IMG/VR virus record: IMGVR_UViG_3300045988_181180
DNA from: a virus
Lineage: Duplodnaviria; Heunggongvirae; Uroviricota; Caudoviricetes
Length of the DNA stretch: 31,729 nucleotides
Strand: one strand, 5' to 3'
Below the pieces are notes generated by a model. The model was given only the letters and a program-made list of their open reading frames with translations, did no database searches and had not been told where the DNA came from. Every line of letters begins with the position of its first letter. The stretch's first letter is position 1. Positions 9,721-17,462 of the stretch are shown piece by piece. Both the position numbers and the translations under genes were made by a program.

Positions 9721-11113
9721 CTTGTTGCTTTGATTTTAGGTTGTTGGAAACTTGCTTGGCATCCTTGTTCTCGTCGAGGGTGGTGAGCATGATGAGCGGC
9801 ACGTCTGGATAGACCTTCTGCTCCCAGTGGTTGAAGTAGATGACCACCCAGTGAACGGTCTCCATGAGGTCGTGGAACGCCTTCTCTATCGACTGCTTGA
9901 GGGTGAAGAGCTCTCGCTTGTCTGAGCCAGAGTTGTTGGTTTGGCTCTTGCCCGGTGTGGCGCCCACGAGATTAGGGTGGATGTTGTCGGCATAACACTG
10001 CATGTTGTTGCTCTCGGCGATGTCGTCGCTGTAGTCACCGCCATCCTTTGAGGTGTCGATGCGCGTGATGCGCACCATCTTTACCTCTTTGCCATCAGGT
10101 GTGGTGTAATAGCCCGCTATCCAGAGCTTGCCGCTATTCTCGATGCCTGAGATGAAGGAGCGGATTTTTTCTTTCTCCTTCAGCTTGCGCTCCTTTTGCT
10201 TTGCCTTGTCGGTGATGTGCTCCTCTTGGAAGATGCCACGCCAATAGTCGTTGTGTATCTCTACGAGGTAAGGGATGGCAGCGTGGTTTTTGAGCTTTGC
10301 CATCTTGCCGATGGCGATGAGCCGGGAGATGTCGTACCACTTGTCTCGGAAGATGGCGCTGTAGTAGGGCACGGGGTAGTATTGACTGCCAGGAGTAGGG
10401 AAGCGAGTCACGATGGCGAAGACTCTGTCTTTGCACTTTGCTCCACCCGTCTGTCTGGTCAGGGTCTGTCCGCTTTGACCGTCGAGCCCCATGCGCTGCT
10501 GTAGGTCGCCCAGTGGGTCTAGCTCGTCGAGGAGTGGCAGCACCTCGATGTTGTCGGGATTGACGGCATTGCGCCAGTTGGCATAGAGCACGTATTCGGA
10601 GCGACCGTTTTTGCTCTGGGTGAACCGACAGTAGCACGCCTCTTTGTGCCGGATGCCCACGATGCGATCGCCCTTTTTGTTGAGGATGATGGCTGAGACA
10701 CAAAAGAAGAAGTACTTCATGTCTGTGATTTGCTCGAGGAAGAAGCGCGAGAGGTTGTTGTGCATCTTGAAGAGGTTGACCTCTTTGTCTTGTGTCGGAA
10801 GCTTTGTCTTGATGTCGTTGTACTGGAAGCCCATGCCGTAGCAGGTGAGCACGTTGAAGAGCTTGTTTTGCGCCATCACGCTGCTCTCGCCGATGTTTTT
10901 GATGAGCTGGTAGGGCAGCTTGTTGTCTGCCCCGAAGGGGATGTAGGTGTATCTTTGCTTGTCCACCTCTACGGAGACGGTGGGTGTGGTACCATCATCA
11001 TCGAAGATGGATGAGGACTCGACGAAGCCGCTGGTGGGCGACGAGGTCTGGTAATCGAGCACCTCGCCCATGGTGGCGTATGTGATGTCTATGTTATTGC
11101 TTTTGTCTGCCAT
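9707..11113 (-). CDS. Hypothetical virion protein, portal-size candidate
   Basis: The track ORF 9707..11284 is trimmed to the in-frame ATG at 11113 (MADKSNN...) so it no longer overlaps the upstream 86-aa gene. 469 aa with an acidic C-terminus; the portal call is inference from size and position only. Confidence 0.45.
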   Translation of the reverse strand: MADKSNNIDITYATMGEVLDYQTSSPTSGFVESSSIFDDDGTTPTVSVEVDKQRYTYIPFGADNKLPYQLIKNIGESSVMAQNKLFNVLTCYGMGFQYNDIKTKLPTQDKEVNLFKMHNNLSRFFLEQITDMKYFFFCVSAIILNKKGDRIVGIRHKEACYCRFTQSKNGRSEYVLYANWRNAVNPDNIEVLPLLDELDPLGDLQQRMGLDGQSGQTLTRQTGGAKCKDRVFAIVTRFPTPGSQYYPVPYYSAIFRDKWYDISRLIAIGKMAKLKNHAAIPYLVEIHNDYWRGIFQEEHITDKAKQKERKLKEKEKIRSFISGIENSGKLWIAGYYTTPDGKEVKMVRITRIDTSKDGGDYSDDIAESNNMQCYADNIHPNLVGATPGKSQTNNSGSDKRELFTLKQSIEKAFHDLMETVHWVVIYFNHWEQKVYPDVPLIMLTTLDENKDAKQVSNNLKSKQQDDTD

Positions 11114-11118
11114 AATCT

Positions 11119-11379
11119 TTATAAGTATATTGAATGGTCGTTGTATCTGAAGATGAAAATGTCTCTCACCTTGCGTATCTGGTGGTTGACTGGGTTGTAG
11201 AGGGTGTGGGTGCCGTTTTGCCAGGATGAGGACTTGACGAGCCATCCCCTGTACTGGATGATGGAACCATCGCCGCCCTTCCAACAGTCGATGTCAACGG
11301 GCGAGCGGTCGATGCGCGAGATGTCGAGGGCACGGCGCAGCTCGTTGATGTGTATTGCCTTGGGTGTCTTGTCTGCCAT
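11119..11379 (-). CDS. Hypothetical small protein
   Basis: 86-aa ORF with ATG start between two larger structural genes. Confidence 0.45.
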   Translation of the reverse strand: MADKTPKAIHINELRRALDISRIDRSPVDIDCWKGGDGSIIQYRGWLVKSSSWQNGTHTLYNPVNHQIRKVRDIFIFRYNDHSIYL

Positions 11380-11396
11380 ATATCTGAAGATGTTTT

Positions 11397-12458
11397 TTAG
11401 TTGAACGTATCGTCGAAGGAGTCGTCGAAGATGCGACCGCCCGTATTGTCGATGTTTTTGAACACGACATTCTGGACTCGCTGGGCATATTGGTAGCTGA
11501 AGGTGAACTCAGCCATGTCATCCAGCTCGTTGGTGCGCTCGCTCTTGGAGTCGGTGAAGGTAATCTCTTTGTCCTGTGTGTAGTCACGGAACAGATAGAT
11601 CTCATCGGAGCGCAGCAGGTCTTCGGCGAAGTGTGCCATGGACGGAGGAATAACACCTGTGTCGCCCTCGAAGGTGCGGGTCTCTTTGACGGAGTAGTTG
11701 ATCTTTTTGCCGCTGATGACGGCGCTCTTGCGCTCGAAGGTAGGTGCAATCTTCTTTTTGCCTAGGCAATAGAAGATCTCTTGGCACCCGAAGGAGTTGG
11801 TGAAGAGGAGCACCGGGTCGGCGACCGCCTCGGTATGGTCTATCTGGAAGTCTTGCACTCGCTTGCCCACGGTGACGGTGTAGGCGAAGAGGTCGCCACG
11901 GTCGGCATCGTAGTAACGGTCGGGCGAGACATCGAAGGTGGTGATGTTATTCACCGTATGGGTAGGGGTGGCATCGGCGGCGATATTGCCCTCCACGACC
12001 TTGCCGTCTTTGTAATATCGGGCTGTGACGGCGGCAGTGGTTCTGTCGGCACCTGCGGCATGGAGATATTCACGGTGTCCGAGCTGTGTGAGCTTGGCAC
12101 CATCGAGGAGGGTGAGGAAGTATTGGTCGAGGAACGACTGGCACGACATGTTGATGTCAACGGTGGCGTAGTAGGCGGTGAACTCGCACGACCAGTTGGC
12201 GACATCGCTCTCGCCATTGTGCTCGACAATCTTGATGGCGCACTTGGCGACCACGGTCGTGCGCACGGCATCGGAGATGAGCGTGCCGAGGTCGTAGATG
12301 GTGATGGTGCCAGCCACTGGGTAGTAAGTCTCGCTGAGCAGCTCTTCGCCCTCGCAGGTTATGGTAACGGTAGCGCGCTCGCCACCTATCTTGAAGGAGA
12401 AGGAGTCGAGCGCACTGGTGAACAATGGCGAAGATGGTTGGTTGGTAACTGTAATCAT
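11397..12458 (-). CDS. Hypothetical virion protein, first gene of the morphogenesis operon
   Basis: 353-aa ORF with ATG start; -7 box TATCTTTG 23 nt upstream; a terminator hairpin lies just upstream of that promoter. Confidence 0.55.
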   Translation of the reverse strand: MITVTNQPSSPLFTSALDSFSFKIGGERATVTITCEGEELLSETYYPVAGTITIYDLGTLISDAVRTTVVAKCAIKIVEHNGESDVANWSCEFTAYYATVDINMSCQSFLDQYFLTLLDGAKLTQLGHREYLHAAGADRTTAAVTARYYKDGKVVEGNIAADATPTHTVNNITTFDVSPDRYYDADRGDLFAYTVTVGKRVQDFQIDHTEAVADPVLLFTNSFGCQEIFYCLGKKKIAPTFERKSAVISGKKINYSVKETRTFEGDTGVIPPSMAHFAEDLLRSDEIYLFRDYTQDKEITFTDSKSERTNELDDMAEFTFSYQYAQRVQNVVFKNIDNTGGRIFDDSFDDTFN

Positions 12459-12481
12459 ATCAATGTCTCATTAAAACGATG

Positions 12482-12489
12482 CAAAGATA
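12482..12489 (-). promoter_or_regulatory. Candidate -7 promoter box (TATCTTTG) for the morphogenesis operon
   Basis: Plus strand GCAAAGATA, 23 nt upstream of the ATG at 12458 and immediately downstream of a terminator hairpin. Confidence 0.5.
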
Positions 12490-12513
12490 GGAAGGAAGGG
12501 GAGAAAATAAAAA

Positions 12514-12542
12514 TACCTGATTGTCATCACGACAACCAGGTA
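12514..12542 (-). terminator. Intrinsic-type terminator after accessory operon A
   Basis: Stem TACCTG-a-TTGTC / GACAA-c-CAGGTA (11 bp with one mismatch, 5-nt loop), followed on the minus strand by TTTTTATTTTCTCC (12501..12513). Confidence 0.5.
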
Positions 12543-12635
12543 TCGACTCATGGAGCTGACCACGCCTTGTTAAGCCTAAGGCTCCATTCCGAGACTGTTT
12601 TATGTTGTAAATGAAAAAAAATGTGCTTGTCTTGC

Positions 12636-12947
12636 TTACTCTTCGGGCTGTGCGCAGTTGATTATCCAGACGAGTCTGCCACCCTCGACAGACTTCATCT
12701 TGAAGCCGTGCTCGACCATGTACTCGGTGATGACGGGGATGGGAGCGACGACCATGCCGCTGATGGCCTCTTGTATATCTTTGGAGGATAGGAAGTCAAC
12801 GCATTGGCTGTATGGGTCATCGCCCGGTGTGTCGCCCTCGAAGTAAGCGTCGAGCGCCATGCGCACATAGTCGATCTTGCTCTCTTGCTCTGACTGTTGC
12901 TGCTCGTCGCTGTTAGCACTGAAGCCCATCACACGCATACGTTTCAT
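12636..12947 (-). CDS. Hypothetical acidic small protein (accessory operon A, gene 3)
   Basis: 103-aa ORF; ATGA overlap with the upstream gene at 12944..12947. Confidence 0.45.
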   Translation of the reverse strand: MKRMRVMGFSANSDEQQQSEQESKIDYVRMALDAYFEGDTPGDDPYSQCVDFLSSKDIQEAISGMVVAPIPVITEYMVEHGFKMKSVEGGRLVWIINCAQPEE

Positions 12948-13213
12948 GCCTCACCTCCTTTCGTCTCCAGTGCTATGTTGATGGTCTTGAAGAGCTTGCT
13001 CATGTGGTCGAAGTTGTTGAGCATGAGTAGCACTTTGTCGGCACCGCCTAGGTCTTCGACACAGTTGGTCACCACCTCGTCTGAGATAAGCACCTTTTTG
13101 ACTTGCTCTAGGTACTCGATGAAGTAGCTGAGCTGGTTGACATCCATCATTTCTACGAGCGCATTCCAGACCTCTGCTGTCATGTGCATATTTGTTGCGT
13201 TGTTTGTGTTCAT
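12944..13213 (-). CDS. Hypothetical small protein (accessory operon A, gene 2)
   Basis: 89-aa ORF; ATGA overlap with the upstream gene at 13210..13213. Confidence 0.45.
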   Translation of the reverse strand: MNTNNATNMHMTAEVWNALVEMMDVNQLSYFIEYLEQVKKVLISDEVVTNCVEDLGGADKVLLMLNNFDHMSKLFKTINIALETKGGEA

Positions 13214-13575
13214 GCTACGACTCCTCCCATCAGATAACCACCAAAGAAAACCACTGCCATGAAGGCTGCAAAGCCTAGTGTGGCCTTGACCACCTCGCCG
13301 TAGGTCACGCTCTCGTCGCAGAGTGCGGTGAAGGTCTCGCTCTTGGTCTTGGCGAGCTTCTTGATTTCACACTTGAGGGTATTGATACCCTCCTCTACGC
13401 TGATGCCTGCAGGTCTCACCTGCGCATCACTAATTAAAATTGAATTCTGCATAATTGCCATCTTATAACCATTATAGACCGACCTTGATGTATAAATACA
13501 ATGGTGGCGGTCACATTCACCGTTGGTTATAAGATGGTAGCTTTCCCAGCGAAGGGCAAGTATCTTACGGATCAT
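13210..13575 (-). CDS. Hypothetical small protein with a C-terminal hydrophobic helix (accessory operon A, gene 1)
   Basis: 121-aa ORF ending in ...ATLGFAAFMAVVFFGGYLMGGVVA, a probable tail-anchored transmembrane segment. An alternative in-frame ATG at 13461 would give 83 aa. Confidence 0.45.
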   Translation of the reverse strand: MIRKILALRWESYHLITNGECDRHHCIYTSRSVYNGYKMAIMQNSILISDAQVRPAGISVEEGINTLKCEIKKLAKTKSETFTALCDESVTYGEVVKATLGFAAFMAVVFFGGYLMGGVVA

Positions 13576-13599
13576 GCAACCGCCATATTGAAAAGACCT

Positions 13600-13619
13600 T
13601 TTTCCCGCTGCCGGGAAAA
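13600..13619. terminator. Hairpin between accessory operons B and A (possible bidirectional terminator)
   Basis: 8-bp perfect stem TTTTCCCG / CGGGAAAA with a 4-nt loop; flanking sequence is only moderately T-rich. Confidence 0.4.
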
Positions 13620-13854
13620 TGATACTTTATAGGCATAAAAAAAGCCCACGGCGTGAAGCCTAGGCGAAACAGTCGCCATCGCTGAGTAGATTACTACTAT
13701 CTTATAACCGATGGCAAAAGTACGAAGAATAATTGGAACCGCCAAAAAAAAAGCGAGAAATTTTGAAATAAATGACTTTTTTATGTTTTAGAGCATAAAA
13801 CAAGGGGGTGAGGAACGAAAAAGCCCCGGATGCTCACGCACCCGAGGCTGACAG

Positions 13855-14247
13855 TTATTTTTGGAAATAAACTTTTAAAGGGATTGAATTCTCCACATTG
13901 CCAATTTTGAAAGAGAACTGATAGTTGCCCTCTGCAGGGAACTGGAGGTCGGAGAACTCAAAGATGAAGTTGCTGAAGAGAAACTCATCTGAAGGGTGTG
14001 GCTCAATCTTGGAATTGATGGGCTGGCCAAGAATCATCTTGCCAGTGCTCATCTCTGTAACCTCTGCCGAGAACTCTTGCTGAAGTTTGCTTTCCTCGCT
14101 GTTCATCTTAACTCTCGCTACCATGAAGAGGTTGTTCTTAGGCAGCGGTGCTTTTCTTACCACATAGTGGTCAAAAGTGCCCACGATGGTAAGTTTGCCG
14201 TCATTATCTTGTGCAAAGTCACACAATGCAAGAATATCTATGTTCAT
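13855..14247 (-). CDS. Hypothetical small protein (accessory operon B, gene 3)
   Basis: 130-aa ORF; 4-nt overlap with the upstream gene; lower GC than the structural genes by eye. Confidence 0.5.
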   Translation of the reverse strand: MNIDILALCDFAQDNDGKLTIVGTFDHYVVRKAPLPKNNLFMVARVKMNSEESKLQQEFSAEVTEMSTGKMILGQPINSKIEPHPSDEFLFSNFIFEFSDLQFPAEGNYQFSFKIGNVENSIPLKVYFQK

Positions 14248-14684
14248 TTTATATGTCCTTTAATGTTAGACTCGATAGCCGAGTGTTTGAAAAGTTTTTT
14301 ATAATTGTCGAATGAATATTTGAGTTTGCTCACCGTGCGCTTGTTTGTGCTCACTAGGTTGGCTCCATGTCTGCCAGAGATGCCTTCCTTGGTATTGAAC
14401 TTCAGAGAATTTCTTTTGGAGTCAACCCAAAGCCTGATGGCATCGCCTTGTATCTTGTCACCCACATTGCCATGGACGTTGAGATCTTCTCGTATTTTCT
14501 TGTCCTCTTCGTTGAGCTCAAGAGCTTCGGTGATTTCTACGGAACTATTTCGGTCTAGTTCGTATAATGTCATCTTTTTGCCCGTGATAGGTTCCTCTTT
14601 GAGTCCCTTCCACTCAGCCCTTCTGGCAATGACATCAGCTTTTTTGCCCTCTATGATTTCACCTTCTTTGATATATATAGCCAT
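14244..14684 (-). CDS. Hypothetical Lys-rich small protein (accessory operon B, gene 2)
   Basis: 146-aa ORF; its start overlaps the stop of the upstream gene at 14684. Confidence 0.5.
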   Translation of the reverse strand: MAIYIKEGEIIEGKKADVIARRAEWKGLKEEPITGKKMTLYELDRNSSVEITEALELNEEDKKIREDLNVHGNVGDKIQGDAIRLWVDSKRNSLKFNTKEGISGRHGANLVSTNKRTVSKLKYSFDNYKKLFKHSAIESNIKGHIK

Positions 14685-15112
14685 TATTGGATACTTTTTT
14701 GCATTGATTTTTCACTGAAAGAGAATACCTCAGCCATATCATCAGGCGAGGTGATGCTCATGAGCGATGGGCTGACCTCAAGAGCCACCTCAATGTCTTC
14801 AATGGAAGCATCTTTATCTTGTTTGATGATGTACTTATCCTCATGCTCTTCAATCTCTTTATCAAACTCTTCTTCGGTAATATTGCCGTCAAGCATTTCG
14901 CAATATAGTTTGAAGTAGTTGCGCTCACGTGTGCGGTTGTTAACGGCACGAGTCATCAACTCCTTGAGTCTGTCGGCAGTACTAATGTTGAAAAAGTTAG
15001 CCTTATTGGTAACACCAGCGAATGCAACCTTGCCAGTACCTTTGTCTTGTATAGCCACAACAGGGCTGCCATCAGTTTGGTATGTTGTATATATAGTCGT
15101 TGTATTGCTCAT
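14684..15112 (-). CDS. Hypothetical small protein (accessory operon B, gene 1)
   Basis: 142-aa ORF with ATG start; -7 box TATCTTTG at 15143..15150, 30 nt upstream, and a TTTG about 20 nt further upstream. Confidence 0.5.
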   Translation of the reverse strand: MSNTTTIYTTYQTDGSPVVAIQDKGTGKVAFAGVTNKANFFNISTADRLKELMTRAVNNRTRERNYFKLYCEMLDGNITEEEFDKEIEEHEDKYIIKQDKDASIEDIEVALEVSPSLMSITSPDDMAEVFSFSEKSMQKSIQ

Positions 15113-15142
15113 AATTCACATCCTGTTTATATTAACACGGTG

Positions 15143-15150
15143 CAAAGATA
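15143..15150 (-). promoter_or_regulatory. Candidate -7 promoter box (TATCTTTG) for accessory operon B
   Basis: Plus strand TGCAAAGATA, 30 nt upstream of the ATG at 15112; a TTTG on the coding strand lies about 20 nt further upstream (plus-strand CAAA at 15171..15174). Confidence 0.5.
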
Positions 15151-15299
15151 CGGTTATTTTTTGTAAATCGCAAATTTAATGATAAATTTAACAACAAAAA
15201 TTGCAATAAAGATTGGAAAATGGTATATAAAGAATGCTCGACCGCTTTTTGGCTCTTGCCAGACGCTTTCGCCGCAGGCGAAAATTTTTGGAAAATGAG

Positions 15300-15321
15300 G
15301 GGGAAGGTTTTAGCCTTCCCC
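15300..15321 (-). terminator. Hairpin terminator downstream of the radC-like gene
   Basis: 8-bp perfect stem GGGGAAGG / CCTTCCCC with a 6-nt loop, 20 nt after the stop; T-rich on the minus strand afterwards. A second hairpin at 15267..15284 is followed by TTTTT on the plus strand. Confidence 0.5.
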
Positions 15322-15340
15322 TTACCTTATTATATATATA

Positions 15341-16024
15341 TTATAGCTTTCCTTTGTCGTGGTAGCTGTAGAAGCCATCCTCAGCCAAGATGATATGGTC
15401 CATCAAGAAAAGTCTCATCACCTCGCACGCCTTGGCTATCTTCTGCGTGAGCATATCGTCCGCCTTGCTCGGCTGCGTGCTGTTCGATGGGTGGTTGTGT
15501 GCCACGGCGATGATGGTTGCATTGTTGAGCACGGCTTCTTTCATTATCAGTCGAACGTCCACCGCTGTCTCGGTGATGCCTCCCTCGCTGAGCTTGGTGC
15601 ACTTTATCAGCCTAAAGTTTTGGTTCATCAGCACTACCCAAAAGCCCTCTGTCTCATTGCAGCCTATCATTGGGCGAAGATAGTTGTAGAGTGCCAGGCT
15701 GCTGCCTAGGTCGGTGTTTCTCGCTACCTTTTCCATTTGGTAGCGTCTGCCTAGCTCGATGGCTGCCTGTAGGGCTATCGCCTTGCAGTCTCCAATTCCT
15801 GGTACCACTTCCAGGTCTTCTATTCTCGCCTTGCCGATGTTGCGAAGCGAGTTGCCCATGATGTTATAAATCTGTCGTGCCTGCTCTTGGCTGTCCTTGG
15901 TACCTGCCCCTCTGTTGATTACCAAAGAAATCAAGTCAACGTTGGTAAGGGTGTCGAAACCTTGGTTATAGGCTCTGTACTGCGGTCTCTCCTCCATACA
16001 AAGATTGTTATAATTTTGTCTCAT
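15341..16024 (-). CDS. radC: RadC-like JAB/MPN-domain protein, full length with N-terminal helix-hairpin-helix
   Basis: 227 aa. Contains the family signature IAVAHNHPSNSTQPSKADDMLTQKI (HNHPS..PS..D) and an upstream HhH-like VPGIGDCKAIALQAAIELGRR. A hairpin terminator follows at 15300..15321. Confidence 0.8.
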   Translation of the reverse strand: MRQNYNNLCMEERPQYRAYNQGFDTLTNVDLISLVINRGAGTKDSQEQARQIYNIMGNSLRNIGKARIEDLEVVPGIGDCKAIALQAAIELGRRYQMEKVARNTDLGSSLALYNYLRPMIGCNETEGFWVVLMNQNFRLIKCTKLSEGGITETAVDVRLIMKEAVLNNATIIAVAHNHPSNSTQPSKADDMLTQKIAKACEVMRLFLMDHIILAEDGFYSYHDKGKL

Positions 16025-16039
16025 ATCTTTTGTTATTTG

Positions 16040-16564
16040 TTAGTTATACATTCTCTTTGTTCTCGCTAGGAACATCGCTCCCATCACTTGTGCGCCACAT
16101 TCGGCTAGCTCGTTGGCGAACTCTCGGGCGGTCGCTCCGCTCGTCACCACGTCGTCGAAGATGATGACTTTCTTTCCGCTGAAGTACTCTCTATCGAGTG
16201 CCACTCTGTAGTCGAAGCTCTCACACACTCTGTCTGTGCTGAAGTGCTTGGCTGTGCGCTCTCCATAGATGGAAATGTGCTCGTTTCCGTTCTGTACCTT
16301 TGCGCCTTGGCTCACCTTTTGGGCGAAGCGAGAAAAGCGCTTGGTGTACTTCTTTGAGTTGGCTGCTGGAGCGCAAACCATCACGAAGTCGCTGGCTTTG
16401 TCGCCATAGGTGTTGACGAAAGAGCTGACCACCATATCGGCAGCTGCGTCTGTCGCCCACTGCTTTCCATCCTTGAAGGCAAAGATGAAGTTTCTCACTT
16501 GCTCTGCTTGTGCTGAGCGGTCGAAACGCTTGGAGCTGTACTCGTAATAATTGAAAGTTTTCAT
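16040..16564 (-). CDS. Type I phosphoribosyltransferase-domain protein (ComF-like PRTase, lacks the ComF zinc-finger N-terminus)
   Basis: 174 aa with the PRPP-binding motif KKVIIFDDVVTSGATAREF near the C-terminus; 15 nt upstream of the radC-like gene on the same strand. Confidence 0.65.
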   Translation of the reverse strand: MKTFNYYEYSSKRFDRSAQAEQVRNFIFAFKDGKQWATDAAADMVVSSFVNTYGDKASDFVMVCAPAANSKKYTKRFSRFAQKVSQGAKVQNGNEHISIYGERTAKHFSTDRVCESFDYRVALDREYFSGKKVIIFDDVVTSGATAREFANELAECGAQVMGAMFLARTKRMYN

Positions 16565-17462
16565 ACGCTTAAAATTTTTATTCTAGCCAGAGGGAGGAAG
16601 GAGCTTTTTTATTTGAACTCGTCTTTGCCTGCCCGTCTGAGAGTTTTTTTTATTCTGTCCGTCGGTCGTTTTTGTCGCTTTTTACGGTGCGATGCAGACG
16701 AGCGGAGAAGAGGTATGAAAGCCAAGGAATTTTGCAAAAAGTTTATGGAAAACCGTCATCTCTGATTGCGGAAGGCTGCCGAAAAGTTTTTGGAAAATAG
16801 ATTTATCGGTACTTGGTGCATGCCGTCCGCCGTACCTTTGCACCCGAAAAAGAGATAATGACCGATGGATAACCGATAAAGGGAAAAGCTCTCGGACAGG
16901 AAAAGCGGGCAAAGAAAAGGCTCTGCCTTACCTTGGTGGTTAAGCCTTAGCGACGTTTGAGCGCCATCACGGTCACCACCGCTTGAAAATTCGCAAATTT
17001 TAACCCTAGCGTATGAAATGAAAGATGGAAAATTTGCGTCATCAAAAACACCATGTTTTTCAGACTTCAGGAGGAAAAACATACCTTGGAGCGATGAAAT
17101 CGCAGCATTTGGCAGGCTTCGACCCCGAGGTTGAAGATGCCAAATGTGTCGTTTTACGACAGGTTTTCCACACCCACGGATTGGAAAACCCCGATTTTAT
17201 CGTGGTTTTAGGGATTCAAAGGGAAAATAATTCCCCTTTGTCGGCGATAGCACCCCCCACCGCCCTACGCCCGAGCGCGCCTTCCGCCCCCTTGGAAAAG
17301 ACGGAATATGTAAAAGACCGTTAACGTTTTTGTAGGAATGTAAAAAGCCAAAAGGCACGAAAAAAGGGAACACGCTTCGCAGCGCACTCCCCTTATCGGC
17401 GGTCAAGCAAGAATGCCAGCCACCTAACTTATATAAGAATCGTACTATCTAAAGAAATCAAA

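Noticed and set aside
11781-12614. Long plus-strand ORFs antisense to minus-strand genes (for example 11781..12614, 2284..2853, 23508..24089, 20542..21176, 6596..7147, 27464..28039)
   Set aside because: They lie entirely inside longer minus-strand genes with recognisable motifs or operon context. They encode low-complexity Ala/Gly/Val/Arg-rich peptides typical of the opposite strand of GC-rich coding DNA, and would contradict the consistent minus-strand operon structure.
17025-17324. Plus-strand 99-aa ORF, and overlapping minus-strand ORFs 16682..16912 and 16756..17082, inside the 900-bp noncoding stretch
   Set aside because: No promoter or start context, mutually overlapping in different frames, low-complexity Pro/Ala/Ser-rich translations. 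Treated as chance ORFs, though a small protein cannot be fully excluded.
16565-17462. tRNA or tmRNA genes in the long noncoding regions (also 13576..13854 and 25210..25951)
   Set aside because: No T-loop-like GGTTCGAATCC-type signature or cloverleaf-consistent segment was found by eye. Hairpins present are better explained as terminators or regulatory structures. Not excluded without a tRNA-scanning or covariance-model search.
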